A stretch of 64,000 nucleotides of DNA from NCBI GenBank assembly GCA_973895155.1, contig OZ316891.1, forward strand, positions 12,832,771 through 12,896,770, read 5' to 3'. The notes beneath the pieces were generated by a model. It was given only the letters and a program-made list of their open reading frames with translations, did no database searches and was not told where the DNA came from. Within the stretch, counting starts at the first letter, position 1; each line of letters starts with the position of its first letter. The translations under genes were made by a program, and so were the position numbers. This document shows positions 35,701 to 50,500 of the stretch, piece by piece. This stretch comes from Marsupella aquatica. Taxonomy: Eukaryota > Plantae > Marchantiophyta.

Positions 35701-38700
35701 GAACTGGATATAGAATGCTTGTGTGTTTTTCTAAGCTGTTGTTCAAGGTGGTTAATAAGTCATGAATTGTTGTTTGTGCTACAGCATGGCTTCAATCTGT
35801 GGTGGTTGTCTTGCAATGCTGGATGCGGGAGTTCCATTGAAAGGTTTAGTAGCTGGAGTTGCAATGGGTCTTATTCTTGATACCGAGGGATTAGGTGGAG
35901 ATGGTGAACCACTGATATTGACTGATATTCTTGGATCAGAGGATGCGCTGGGAGACATGGATTTTAAGGTTTTCTCTTGTGAAGTGTCTCAAGTCTGGCA
36001 TTTTTTTATCAGTTTTGACATTAAGAAGTTGAGGGCCTGTGATGAAAGGTTTGAAGTTAAGGCCGTGTGATGCTTTGCAACATTACTTCCCAGATTTAAG
36101 ATTCGGAACGAATGTTATTATACTTCTGCTTGTTGCTTTGTAACTCGTGATCAACTAATTGAACAACTGTAAATATGTAGATTGCTGGTGATGAGGTTGG
36201 AGTAACAGCATTCCAGATGGATATCAAGGTGTTCACTCTCAGCACGTCAATCTTGGCAACTAATTCTGTAATTTGTTTTGTTGTGTTTGCTTTAACGTCA
36301 GTCCGTGTTGTAATTTTGCCGCAATGTTTGTCTTCGCGTGGCTAGGATATTCACTGTATCCACTTGGCAACATTCTCCAGGTTGAAGGAATTACTCTTCC
36401 AGTGATGAAACAGGCGTTGATACGGGCTAGGGAAGGAAGGGTTCACATTTTGGGTATGTCATCAGTAGGTTTGCCTGAGACATCATTGAGCAACAATGGC
36501 TGGTGTGGGATTTGTCAACCTTCAATTGTGATGGAAGCTGCCCGTATTTCCAGTTCTTACCTTGGCTGTCCTGGACTGAGGAGTTAGTTTTCCGTGGTTA
36601 TAAAGCACAGAGATTTACTCTGCAAATATATGCAGTTAGTTGCAGTTTAGTTCAAGACCTTGAATTGAGGATGTCCTCGCTATTGGCTGGATCAACAGAA
36701 CAAGCGTAGATGTAAGGAATACGTGGGCTTAACAAAGTTTTGCAAACGCAGGTGAAATGAGAAAATGCAGTCCACCACCAGCAGGGGCCTTGTCCAAGTA
36801 TGCCCCAGTAATTGATGTCATAAAGGTTAGTGTATTTACATCGGTCACATTCTTGGAGTTCATACGAGTCTGAGGCAAGCCAGGATTGTTATTCTTCTTG
36901 GTTCGAGACGATTTGGTAGCCTGAATAACTTGCACCGCTAGTAAAATTGATCATTGCTACTGGCCTGATGTCTGTCATCAGAATTTAAAGTAAAAGGTGC
37001 TTGAGCAAGTCTGGAGGCATTCTTGTCGTGGAACCTAAAACGCAGATGCGTGCCTGTAATACTGATCTTGCAGGTACGACCAGAGAAGGTCAATATCGTT
37101 ATTGGCCCAGGTGGGAAAACGATAAAAGGAATCATTGAGGAGACTGGAGTTATGTCGATTGACATAATTGATTCTGGATTGGTATGTTCATACTGTCTTA
37201 GATCAGTTTTCACTGGACCATTTAAACTTTCTTTTCGTGCGCCCAATTTGTTTCTCTACTTGCAATTGTACGTGTCAGTCTTCTGGCGAACAGAGTTCAG
37301 TGTGCTCAGCCTGCATGAGTGATTTACTGACTTCAGGTAGTATTCCTGATTCAGGTGACCATTGTAGGTCCGACAAGCGAGTGTGTAGAAAGGGCACGAG
37401 CAAAAGTAGCTGGTCTGACCATGGTTCCGGTTGTTGGGACTATTTACAGGTGTGCTTCTTTTCGTCCTCTTTTCAGTGTGTAGTACTCGGTTTAAAACTT
37501 CCCACAAAAGTTGGCAGACGCGTGGATGTTCACAGAATATTACCTAGTGGTGGCGAGGATGCGTAGCTTACAGCTGGGAGGTTTTGATCGATACTTTCGT
37601 CACAATCCCTTTTCTAAAATGATCTGAGAAGCCGAACTCATGGTGGTTTGCTGCAGGAATTGTCGAGTGAAGGGAATATTAGCATTTGGTTGTTTTGTCG
37701 AGGTTGCTCCAGGAAAGGAGGTAATATGGCTCTCAGTTATGTGGATATCGTTTATGGTGGGGATTACATCTTGCTTTCTGACAGGTTATAATGCAAATCA
37801 GCAGTTTCCAGAAATGAACTAGCGTTTGAGTGTCTCTAGTGAATGTCTGTACTGTGGAGCATTGGTGGTTTTCACTGACCAGATGAGGGTCACTTAGTTA
37901 GAGACCGATTGGATTCTTCGTTTTCTTATTAGATCTGTAACGGAAATCTAATACAGCAATTTCTGGCAATAACAGGGGCTGGTTCACATCAGTGAGCTAG
38001 ATATTTCCAGAGTAAGCAAGGTTGAAGATGTAAGTCCTCTTCCACAACTGTTTGAGCGTTGTTCTGATTGGCTCTGTCGTGACAACTGAGCTTTTTGTGC
38101 GGTGGAATCAATTTACATGGACGAGAGCTTTTGGTTAAAATCGAATGCCAAGTCTTCATTTCTTTCGAGGAGTGATCGTTCACTCCTGCTTTGGGATTTA
38201 TTTTCGAGTCCTTCGAAGCCACGTCCTGCTTGCCTAATATCAGATGTAGATTCGGTAGACCCTGTCCTGCTTGCCTGATATCAGATGTATTTCGCTAGAC
38301 CCTTTTCTCAGTTTCTACGTGTTTAACTGTTGCATATGTGGTAACTATTATTTTTAATTTTGTGGTACTAACAAAGTTACTATGAACAAACGTTTCTGAG
38401 CGCAACAAAATGACAACTTAAGAAGGTTTGTCTTGGTAACACCACTTGTGTTTGTGGTTGGTCGTTTCTTCTTTGGAACAGGTTGTAAACATGGGGGATC
38501 TAGTGGATGTCAAGCTGATAGAGGTATACAATCTACCTCCTGGTTTTTTCCACGCTTTGTGACTTCTTTTAGGTTCCTTGGACCTTTGGAGAGTCAGAAA
38601 ATTGAACTCAAAAGCTCTGGCAGCAATCTTCTCTCCTTGTTGTCAGCATGAGACGCGCGCTTCCTTTGATTTTGTTTTGAAAGGGCTGGAAAGTATTTTT

Positions 38701-38969
38701 CTTTTGTGGCCATCCACATATACTAAGGTGAAATTATTTGGCAGATTAATGTGAAAGGTCAGCTTCGGTTGAGCCGGAAGCAAGTCCTTGTCGCGGATAA
38801 GCCACCAGATGCAGCTCAAGCTATTGAGCAAAGTTCAGTGGATGCCGTCAACGAGCAATCAAATGGAGAAAGATCGGAGCAAATCCCGTCAGATGACAAT
38901 TCAACGCTGGGGAATGAAGTCGATCAAGCCCAGAAATATACAAAAAAAAATCTTGCCAAATCCAGGTAG
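29729..38969 (+). CDS. PNP1: Polyribonucleotide nucleotidyltransferase (PNPase), chloroplast type, ~24 exons
   Basis: Transit-peptide-like exon 1 (29729-30088). Spliced motifs [117 protein letters not shown]; KH domain (IGPGGKTIK) and S1 domain ([15 protein letters not shown]). Last exon ~38745-38969. The acidic insert DEGDIH and GGDGEPLIL match, from memory, the plastid paralogue. Confidence 0.95.
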
Positions 38970-40306
38970 AAGTGCGAGCTATTGCTCTACAGAAGAGAAT
39001 TAAATGGTCCTTCGAAGTAGAAAGGAGCCCTGTGCAACACTTACGAGGCTTTAGCGGTCCATGGTGCTGGGCTTCCGACGCAGTATTCATTAGGGCTGCT
39101 GTGACTGAAACTGGCCATTGAAGAGGAGGTTGAATGAAACTGGCAATTGAAGAAGAGGATTTGCCTTGCCTCAGAAGTTTCACCCAATATTTGCAAGGTC
39201 AGATGATTTGTTTGGGCGGATATCAATACAGTGAAGGAGATGAAATAGAAGTTAGCAAGGCTACCAAATTAAAGAGTCACAGAGTGTACTCTTGGGGTTT
39301 GTTCTATGCTTATAAATAGCTGGTCCAGATTCCAAATAACTACTGGAGGCGTTTAATTAAGTAACTACTCCAGGCTGCTAATGGGTCAAACCCTACCAAT
39401 GTTCAAAACTTCTTCATGTAACCAGAGCAGTTCAATCCTCTTGTGAATTTATAGAAATTCCAGCTGTACAAAGCAATCTTGTATCTCAAACTTTTCAGAT
39501 TGTTCGGTTTTGCCATAAAAAGAAAAGCTGCCTATCACACTCCAGAAGCTACCCCCTTGTGCTGTGCCAGGATTCTCGCACCATCCCTCTGACTCAACAT
39601 CCCTGATTTTAATGTTGTCACTATCTTACCCTTGCCAAAACACAATGCAATACAATGTGATCACAATAGGCTGAACAATATCATATTGACAATACAAGAT
39701 ATAGTTCAATTTGAAATAAATTGTGGACCGTCTTTTACAATACAATAGATTTTGGCCCCATCACTTAACTGAACTAGTTCAGCCTTTAGTTGTTCAGCCA
39801 GTAATTGAACATTATTTTGCTCTACAATCATACCCTTGTAGAGGTTTTGCACTTATCTAACTGTCGTTTAGCTCAAATAGTGCAAAAACCCACCGAGCGA
39901 AAGGCTCGATGGTCGACCTTGCAGTAAACCAGGGTTGTACTTATGGAGTGTGCACTTCGGCAGAGGCGACTGCAATCTGCTGAAGATGTTTACGAGATGA
40001 AACGCATAGAATCGAAAGAGTCAGATTGTGAGAGACAGAGAGCAGGACAGACTAATTGAAGAAATGTGACCGCCATCGGCAGAATCCAGAGCATTGCCAA
40101 TAATTTGCCATCGAAGTAACTTCGACCTCGGGTCCTCGAGAGTCGTCATCAGTCATGACAAGCCCAGACGACGACGCCACTCTCCATCGATCTGCTAGGA
40201 AACTCGGAATCATTCTACAGAAGCGATGATGCGTGATGACATTACTAGCACCGTAACACTAATGTGAACGCCCAACTTGAGGATGCGGAGGAAGGGAGAG
40301 GGCACA

Positions 40307-42881
40307 ATGGCAGAAGAAGGTCCATACAAGAGGGCTGAAGAAGGCAGTTCGTTCGAAAGTATTGTGGCATACTCACAAGCTCTGAAGCAGACGCCGCAGC
40401 GCCTATGGCAGAGGGGAGTTTTGGCGAGTCTGCCAGAAGAGGAGCTGCAGCATGTCAAGGCAAGCTCGGGAGCGGCATTGAGACGGCGCTTGGAGTGGTA
40501 CGAGGTCGTGGGCATGGGCGTGGGTGGGATGGTAGGTGCCGGGATCTTCGTGACCACAGGTAGTGTTGCCAGAAGCATAGCGGGCCCGGCAGTCATTGTC
40601 TCTTACCTCCTGGCTGGGCTCACTGCACTTCTCTCCGCCTTCTGCTACACTGAATTCGCTGTCGAATTGCCCGTTGCTGGAGGAGCTTTCAGCTACCTGA
40701 AAATCACTTTGGGTAAGGTGACACACTCTGTGACTGGGTCTGCATTTGCACAGAGACAGCATTTTGTTCGTCGTCATAGAGCCCTCTGCCAGTCGCTGGA
40801 GGAGAAATTTTTCATTTTGCCTTCTGCTGGAATTGGCTCATTTTTTAAGATTATATTGGGTCATGTCTTGTCATATTCTGAGCATTGGATGATTGACTTC
40901 GACAGGAGAGTTTGCCGCGTATTTCACCGGTGCCAACTTAATTATGGAGTACGTTCTTTCCAATGCTGCAGTTGCGCGTACCTTCTTGCCCTATCTGATA
41001 TCTGCATTCTCGTCAGAGAGTGCAGATGCCTTTAGAATCAAGGCGCCTGGGTTAGCGCAGGGCTTCAATCGTCTGGACTTTGTGGCCTTGTCCCTTGTTG
41101 TACTTATCACGATCGGCCTTTGCTACAGGTTTATCTCCCCCTCTACTACCGATCCTCCATATGACAAATTTATAACATCGTCTTCGGCTATGGATTGCAA
41201 AAACTGTCTAGAAGCTTTTATCCTGGGTCTTGTACTAGAGATTACTTTCCTGATGGGTACTTGTAGTGGTTTCGCTATGTTTTCCTCTCGTGAGTATCTT
41301 CTTCTGCTACAGTCGATGAAAATTTGACTCATGCCTCTCTTGTACTTGGCTGCTTCTTTTGCAGCTCAAAACATAGTGCTGTTTTCAACTTGGCAGTGAC
41401 GGTTGTCCATTTGATATTTATTGTGTTCATTATCGTGGTTGGCTTTTCAAAAGGTGATCGGACCAATTTAATAGAACCAGGGAACAAGAGTAATCTTGGA
41501 GGATTTTCGCCATATGGAGTGAAGGGAATATTAAATGGTGCTGCAATTGTCTACTTTAGCTACATCGGCTATGATGCTGTTTCCACAATGGCAGAGGAGG
41601 CAAAGAATCCAACCACAACAATGCCCATTGGTGTTTCTGGCTCTGTACTGATTGTAACCATCATCTACAGCTTGATGGCCGCAGCTATCTGTTTACTTCA
41701 GCCCTATGATGAGGTACCTCAACCTACATGATTGCACTTCACGCTTTATCTAGTGTTTCGTTTCAGCTTGCTAACATTCACGTGGCATATATGTTTTATA
41801 TAAAAACTCATAGAGCAGATTCCCAGTAGAATGAGTGACCTATGGAGAGTGTCAGTATGGACTTGAATCCTATCATAGCCTCGTGGATAAAACCAGACTT
41901 AAGAAGTTAAATCCACGTCAGTGCTGTGGTTGCAGATAGACCCAAAGGCCCCGTTTGCTAAAGCGTTCAAACAAATGAGAGGCTGGGAGTGGGCATCAAG
42001 TTTTGTTGGTGTCGGAGCAAGCTTGGGCATTCTCACGTCAATAATGGTCGCTATGTTTGGCCAGGCACGATACTTGTGTGTAATAGGCCGTTCTCATGTT
42101 CTCCCACATTGGTTTTCAATTGTCAACCCTGATACTGGTACTCCAGTAAATGCAACAATTTCTCTGGGTAAGTTTCTTCTTGTCTCAGCTGGACGATCTT
42201 GTACAGTCACATTCCAGTTGCATTCAACTATAGATACCTCTGGAGATGCTGCGGATGAAAAAACATTTGCATGAAGTTCGAATTTCAAGCGCTGTGTGCT
42301 GACATTCGAATTGTGTGGTCTGGCCAGGCATTTGTACAGCTGTGATCAGTTTTTTCACTGATGTGGATGTACTTCTCAATATGGTCTCTATTGGGACACT
42401 TTTCGTATTTTATATGGTGGCAAATGCATTGATCTTTCACCGCCATGTAGGACCAAGGGGTGACAACTTGGTCACGACCCTGTCCTTCTTATCTTTTCTG
42501 TCTGCAAGTTCTTTAAGTTTTGTCTCGGTTTGGACATTTTACCCGGGATGTTGGTGGGGTTTGTTACTCTTTGGGGCCATCACAATCATCCTGACAATGA
42601 CCTTCTATTACTCCGTGCCAGCAGTGCACGAACCCAAAGACTGGCAGCTACCTTGTATGTCAATCGTTGCCTCGATGTCCATATTCTTGAATGTTCTTCT
42701 TCTAGGCTCAGTGGACGGACTGGCATTTACCAGGTTCGCAATCTGGAGCGTCATTGCAGTCATATTTTACCTTCTATACGGTGTACATGCTGCACACGAT
42801 GCAGCCGAATCGACTCGGAATAGGGTCTCGTTTGTCAGGCTGGAAAGTATCGAAATGGAGGTGGGAAGAGGTATGGATTGA
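40307..42881 (+). CDS. CAT: Cationic amino acid transporter (APC superfamily, CAT6/7-like), 5 exons
   Basis: Exons 40307 (alternative ATG 40283)-40712, 40906-41128, 41365-41713, 41936-42167 and 42328-42881. Motifs GVGGMVGAGIFV, AGPAVIVSY, CYTEFAVELPVAGGAFSY, FSYIGYDAVSTMAEE, GQARY, SIGTLFVFYMVANAL, FYLLYGVH. Confidence 0.93.
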
Positions 42882-43599
42882 TAGTGGCTCTCCAGTTTTA
42901 GAAAGGAAAACCTCAGTTCGTTATGAGGCAGAGTAAAATTTAGTCTAAGTGCGAATGTCTATCAACAAGACATTCATGTAATTCTTTGTAATATATTGGG
43001 TGCGATACAGGATTGGCATTGGCAGATATGATGATGTCTAACGTATTCGAATTCGGTTTTGTATTGTTCGGTGCTCTAAAGAGGGACTTTCATACGGAGA
43101 AGCTGGACAATCACATTATTGCCTTCTTCGATATGTATATATGTTCCGCTTAGACCAAAGTGAAGGAGGGATTCTACTGAAACCAATCTGAACTTGTTCC
43201 CGCAACAGAAAAAATTCAAGGAAAAGAATCTGTAAAAATTAGCTGTCATTCGTTCAACATATCCATCTCTAAGACCACCCTCAGGCCAGGAAGACAAGAC
43301 AGACATCGTATGCAAAAGGATCAACCACAAATGATAGCAATGATGGAATATAGTGCGTTGGTCCGTCCATTGGTCCGTCCATCGCCCCTTTTAGAAATGT
43401 ACAACTATGAAACGTTACCTCTTGCTTTCGTTAATTGATTGAACTTGTCTCCTTTCAATTTATTTGATAAACTTATGACACAGTCAATCCAGATAGATTC
43501 TATTTGAAGAACAGTCTCAAGAGTGGTGTGGTGATTGTGCGTAGCAAATCTAAATGATGAATTTTCCATCTAAGGCAGGTTTTAAGATTGCTCTGGGGG

Positions 43600-46500
43600 C
43601 TCACTGCTCAAAATAAGCAACTACAGGAAGGGATCCTGGAAGATAGACTTGGGAATGATGGTCCGACTAGTTTCCAGAGTAGCTTCAAAGAGACCAATCC
43701 ATTGAATATCAATACATCCACGGTTATCTGACAAAACAGTTGTGGCAGAAGTTTGCCCTCTGTAACACATTTCTGAACTGTATACTTGGTTGGAAGGTGT
43801 CTGACTACAGTAGTCGAATTGGAGTTTAACAATCAACTAGCAATGCTCTTAATAAAGAAGAATGCAGCCTTAGCTACACAAGGGCTTCAAAGGATCGGAG
43901 ATGAGAAAGACTACAGTAGTCGAATTGGAGTTTCACAATCAACTAGCAATGCTCTTAATAAAGAAGAATGCAGCCTTAGCTACACAAGGGCTTCAAAGGA
44001 TCGGAGATGAGAAAGCCCCTCTTGTTGCACTAATCATGGAAGCTGTGGAATCCAAATCAAGAACTAGAATTACTTTGTTGCAAAAGCTTCATGGGCTCGG
44101 CCGGTTGGATAGAATCTCTTAACGTTCTTACCAACAAAACCTTCTCCCTGAGGAGAGATAGGACTTGATACTTCGACATCCGATCACAGAATCAACTGAC
44201 CGTGTCCGTCAGGTACGTCCACGACAATCTGAAACGATCAGTATCGCGGTTGGCAATGCTGAACTACTGAGGCATGCAGACTATTCCCACACCGTGCCTT
44301 TGGATGCTGGACAGCAGCTTGGAGTTCTAGCGCATGAGAGTGCCAAACTCAAAGGACAAAACGGGTTTATTGGACATCTAGACCTCAGCCAACATTCACG
44401 ACGAGGTTGTCATAGGGAGGACAAGCACCGTCCTACTGGAGTTGACCGATGTTTTAATTGTCGCCTATGGTCATGGGCCGGGGCATGAATGGAAAGTTGG
44501 GAACTGCACTGACTCATATGTGGCTTACGAATCTATGAAAATTAGGAGGATTTGGTTATAGATCATTCTTAAATTGAACTCTTCCCGGATGTTAGAGGAA
44601 CACGGAAAATGTGACTCGAGAGGTCTGACGTGTATCCAGCGAGAGCAGTCGGTCACATCCCAGGTCCCTTTCCTTTCTCCGGCGGCTGTGGCGAGCGCGG
44701 AGCCCCCTCTGCACCACTAGCTCTGCAGTCCGTTCCCCTTCTCCTGCTTCTCTTCTGCTAACCGTTCTTCTGAAAATCCGCCATGCTCTTCACGTGTTGT
44801 CCTCGTAATCGGACTCATTCACTTGTTACCGCAAGACACGCTCAGATGGATAGCTTGTCACGTTACAGCGGAAAAGATGCATAGTAAATATTCAACAACA
44901 CCCTTTCAAGATTTTGAATGGGACCACTTGAGTTCGAGTCAAGAAATTGAACCTCCTCACTCTAGGAGACTGTTTCTGCCTAGTGGATCGGGAGAAACAG
45001 TGCTCACTTGAATAATAACTGGTGAGAGAAGTCTCTGGAGCTCTGTTCCTGTGTACTTGTTCCTCAAAGTCGTTTTGTCGGAGGGAGGTCGAGAGCCGAA
45101 TGCCAGGAGGACGTGAAGTTTCAAGGAGTGCAGTCACTTCCTTGGTAGTACTGAAAGGTGAATTTGACTACAAACTTGGTGAGTGGTGACATTCCATGCT
45201 ACCAACCACGTTGCAAAAATTGGAAAACATGTGTGCACTTCATGACCTCTGCCACTCTATTGGCTAGTTTCGAGTAATAGTCTTCCCCCTGTTGTACTGG
45301 CTCTTCCCCAGTCCCCCAGTTTAGATAGCTATTGCTTTCAAGTCTTCTTTGCACATATTGAGTCGTCACACTCAAGACTGGTGGTTGGGAATGTGATTGC
45401 TGACTACACATCAATTTTCCACCATTCTGTTTCATTTGTTGGAGCCGAGCCCAAGTATTCTTGGGGACTTCCATTATTTTTGAAACAGAACTGATAGGCG
45501 AACACAAACTTTGATTTCCTAAATGTCGCCACCTTTGGAGTCTCGGAAATGACCTCAGGATTTCATCAGTTGGAAATTAACCTAGGCGATAAGAAACTGT
45601 TAGTCAGCCTTAGAAATCCATTCTTCAAGAGGCCTTCCATAAATTGATTTAGAAATGATCGATTTTCCTCTCCAATCTCCAGAAGTATCCGGTGGATTGG
45701 TTTCCGTATCGGGTGATGCGTGAATTGTCTCAGTTCCTGCTCTCCTTCCTCGTTGATATTTAGATACATATCGTTTTCTAGGGTTCCGTAAACTGGAGTT
45801 AGGAATCTCCTCTATGAGTAGTTGCAATGGATTCAATTGAATCGGTATGGATAAGCAATGTATTATGGATAGGCAGTGAAAGTTTGGAGGTTGTGAGAGA
45901 CAACAGAGCGTTTATTCTGAGAATATCGGCAGAGCGGCTTTTCAAGTTGCAAGCACTGTTGCGAAACAAAATGGGGAGCTCGCTAGAATTTTAGGCTTCA
46001 TCAATGTGGACCTGGTCCAGCTGGACATGGGACACCAATCTTGAAAGTAGAGGATGGAAAAAACTACATGAATTGGTGTCCGCCCGGACCCTGAAGGATC
46101 ATGGGATGACAAATGTACAAAGAAAGGGCAAAAACTAACACCAGAATACTGAACAGGTGGTCAGCATAACAGGCGACAACCTGTTATGCTAGGGTTCTGG
46201 TCTGAATGGGGATTGGGCTAAGTTTGCAGAATCCTATTTTGCTTCATCAAATATGAAGTTCTCGCCCGTGTGACTTAGAAAAAAAGAAATGAGCCTGAAA
46301 CAATTTTGAATTGACTCTGAGCCTGGGACTTCCATTGTACACAGACAGTCTCGAGATAATTCTTATTTCTAATATGCATACTCGCTTTGTCAACTTCTTA
46401 TACGCGCGTTCGCAATCTCTTGAACAGGATGGTTATACTATTTCCCAAGTAAACGTTGATAAATGTTTCAACAGCCAGTCTTACTTGGATATTCAATCAG

Positions 46501-47100
46501 ATGAAACCGCCCAGACAGATCCGGCTGGTTCCCTGCTGGCGTACAAGCACCTGATTAGGTCTCCACTCCACTCAATTCCACTCCCCCGGATGACCTGTTG
46601 CTCAGTCCTCTAGAATTATAGCGTTTCTTGAGCAGTGATTGAGCTGAATTGGATTCCTGCTTTTTAGGCGTCGTTGTTGGAGGTCGATTGATTGAATCTG
46701 GCCAGCTTCCCACTACGTCCATGCGTTTCCGTGAGCTGCGTTGGGCGATGTCAATTGAAATTTTGTCACTCTTGACAAGTCTCTTAACCGTAGGTCGAGG
46801 CTCACTCAAGAAATACCCAAGGATCGACCCGAGTATTAGCTGGACACTCCTACAGACTGCGTCGATTCTGTTTTTAGAATCATGACACTCCACATCACTT
46901 CACCCTCACGGCGGGGGACGGGACCTGCCATAGTCCTTTGCAAATGGAGCAGCTCAAAGAGCGCCGGGATCTAGCGAGACATCGAATCGCGCTTTGCAAT
47001 AAGGAGAAGACGATACCGCGTCCCGTGCTTCTCAAATCCCGGGCCGTCTTAGAATTATTAACGGAAAGTAGTTTCATTCGCCCGTGGAAACTGGACGAGA
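43600..47100 (-). mobile_element. Highly degenerate L1-like LINE fragments
   Basis: Minus strand shows a zinc-knuckle-like CSIC(K)DYG near 46940 and a C-terminal zf-RVT-like PFCP..HAL..CP....VW near 44290-44370. Many stops and frameshifts; no intact RT. Confidence 0.4.
43803..44015 (+). repeat. 106-bp near-perfect tandem duplication
   Basis: gactacagtagtcgaattggagttt...ggatcggagatgagaaa starts at 43803 and 43909, with one visible mismatch. Confidence 0.92.
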
Positions 47101-47511
47101 CAACGGAAACGGCCGACGGCCAATTCCTCTGGTTTACCTCTCGTCTCTCACTTGAGACTCCTTACCTTTGACAACATAAATTGGTACATTCCTTCTGTTT
47201 AATATTTCACCGCTCCTTAGATGACCGAAACTAACTGATGGATGGTTTGATGCTTCTGATTTAATTTTAGTTTGACCAACGTTCAAAAGCGTTCAGAAGT
47301 GTAAAGCCTTCGATGTTTCTAAGTAGTCTTGTAGATAGATATCATGTATCTCACGACAGTAGTTCAACCAAAGTCACAACAAATGTCAAGTAGAAATTCC
47401 GTTTCGATATGTACAAGATTAAATAGCTGGGAAATTGATACATTCGACGACTGATTTTTGAAATTGTTGACTTTGCAGAACACCAGTGACCATCTCTCAA
47501 TCATCCAGGAC

Positions 47512-50500
47512 ATGATGACAATGTCAGAAGTCCAGGGAGAGGGTGAACAGTCCATTGCCGCAGAGTCCTATGCATTAGAGCACACGCCAACATGGGCTGT
47601 AGCAGTCGTTTGCATCGTCTTCATCGCGCTTTCCCTGCTTATGCAACGTGGCCTCCAACGGCTCGGCACTGTGAGTTGAATTCGATTTTTCCCCCAGTTT
47701 TGTGTCACTAGCTGTATAGAATTCTGATGGAATTCTAATTAAGGAGCGCTTCCGGAGTGGACAGATAATTGTTCAGAGAAGCTGTAAGCTCTACACATTA
47801 AAAGCACGTCCGAGAGAATTATTTTTTGTCAGTGATCAAGTTTGATTTCATCCTGTGACCATAGCATACGGATTGAAGCGATCGTAATTTCGTTGTTGAT
47901 TTTGGTACATGGCAGTGGCTTCTGAGCTCGCACAAAAAACCGCTCTACGAGGCTCTTGAAAAGATGAAAGAAGGTACATCGCCCTTTCGTAAAAGTATTG
48001 TAAATTATGCGATAATCGTGTTCAACTCGTGTTGAACTATTTCATTCATTCTGTGGAGCAACTTTATCGAAGGTCTGACACAACACGATCACTCGGCAAC
48101 GATTTTGCAGAGCTCATGCTGTTGGGCTTCATATCCTTGCTGCTCACGGCTGCTCAGAACCCAATGTCCAGATTATGCATGCCAGCCTCGTGGGCCAACC
48201 AGATGCTTCCGTGCCAATTCCAGATTCTACAGAGCCCGCTTGAAGCCCAGCCTCCGCTTGCTCCGGCTGCAGCTGCAGCAATCCACAACCTCGTCATTCA
48301 CCGCAGTACCCTTCGGTCTAGTGGTAACGCCGAGCAGCCGACCGTGCGCAAACGCGAGGCTCTCAGCTTTCCCAACCACGACACACCACGCCGGAAATTG
48401 TCGGGAGCGGCCAGTCCCAATTTTTGCTCTAAGGTGCGTACACTCGATATCTACATGACACTTCTGATTACATACTCACACTTATTATCTGTAAGGGGAG
48501 ACTTCTTCCATGTCTGATTCTAATTCGCGCAAATTGAGATATCGAAGAAAAAGCATTCAAGAAGTGCTCTGCAGCTGTATCTAGTGTTTTCCTGGACAGG
48601 TACGTAATGGCTGATCTTAGACAGCCTCCTTATTATTATGCTGACTGTCTAGAACATGAACAAAAAAATCGCTGGCAGGGTCGAGTCCCCCTCATGTCCA
48701 CTGAGAGTCTTCATCAGCTCCACATATTCATCTTCGTGATGGCCGTGATTCATGTTTTCTACAGTTGTTTCACCATGCTTTTCGGCTTCACGCAGGTTTG
48801 CCTCCGATACTTCAATCGTCGACCATTACTCATGAATACATTGTAGGGACTTCTCAGAATCTGAATGATCGAGAAAGTAGAGAAAGTAAATTACTTACAT
48901 TCCGTTGTGATATATCGTCCGCCGATCACTGTATGTTTTCTCCTGTGCAGTTGAGAAATTGGAGAAAGTGGGAAGAGGAGACCAATGTGGACAATTACAA
49001 TTATACAGACGGTGATGACTTTCCACATGCTGACTTTAACTGGATCACTTACTTGCTCGCCCTTCCTAGTTGCCATGCACCTTTGAAAATGAGTTTAGGA
49101 AACTAGAACAGACAGACGAGACGAACACTTCTCTCTTGTCTTGATATGGACATAGAGAAGACTACTGGTTGACGAGGTTTTTCGAAATTCCGAAGTCCAA
49201 ATAGTGGTTCTGATTGACTAAGCTAGGACTTTCTATAATTGAGTTTCCACTGCACACTCGGACTGAATTGACGGGCCTGAAGATATTTTCTTGTGATTTC
49301 AGTGACTGGTCAGCAGTGACTGAACTTTGACTTGGATTGATTTCGTTGAGAGCTGCAGAAATCAAGAAATCGTTCAACGAGGAAGCCTTCCGCAAAACAC
49401 CGTTCCGGAAGATGGGATTGGGATCCTTGAGACGCCAGAGCACATTTGTGACCTCTCGCACGATGACTCCATGGGCTGCCACAACATGCGGCATTTGGTT
49501 TGTAAGCGTCTCACTTGAAATTCCAGTTTTCGGACATGTCCTGGATCATTTATTTTCCCCTTCAGAGTAGTCTGAATGTTGATCAGATTCAGACGCTGCC
49601 AATTTTTGCTGCCTTCGAGAACCTTCCAGACTATAACTATTGCACTCTATCCTGAGATAGAAGCTCTTCAATCCCCACGATGATTTTCATGTTCCTTGCC
49701 TTTGAAGGATTTAACTTGGAAGTTCTAATTGTCGAGTTCGTACACTGTTATCTCCTTTAAAATCTGACAGATGATTCATAGTATCTGCTGATTAAAATTC
49801 TGTGGCATCATTCTGGATTTGCACAAAACAATAATTGCTATCAGGCCTTGCACGCAATAGATCCTTGCAATTTTGGCTTCAAAGTTCCAATGAATGCTGC
49901 CCACTCTAAAGCATAGTTCTGAAGAGTTACTTCTGATGTTTCTCGGGTTGTGGCTTTTTGTTTTTTGATCTATAGCTCTAGAAAGTTTGTTTTCCCGAAT
50001 GCAAGTTGGGCAGATTGATCCAGAGCTGTTTCCCCTTAAAGAATATCAAAGAAGTTTGAAGTGTTGATTTGAACAAATGGATGTTTTGCAGAACAGTTTC
50101 TTTCGGCAGTTTGGCAAATCTGTGGCCAAATCTGATTACTTGACCCTTCGGCTTGGCTTCATAAAGGTCTGATGGACTACCTAATGTACTCGTAGACCTA
50201 TTCTTAAAACTCCATTGTGTATGTTTTGGTGCTTGTTTTTTAAAACTTATGAAAAACTTCTCATGATCTATTTGGTTGCCCAAAACTTTCATGCAAATAT
50301 CGTTTCGTCTTTGCTGATTTTTTCATTAATGTTCACTCAGAAAAGAACCACCAGTCATGAGCGGTTAAGCAAATTTGAGGGTGGTTTTTCTATTGTGGAA
50401 AACTTTTGGATTAACTGTATGAAAGCAATCATGACTTGTACACAGCAAAAACTTGAAGCACCAGCCTCCTGGTTGCCAATGATATGCTCTTGATTTCAAT

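Noticed and set aside
29729-38969. PNPase as evidence of bacterial DNA or recent horizontal transfer
   Set aside because: Has ~23 spliceosomal introns and a transit peptide; it is an ordinary nuclear-encoded organellar gene.
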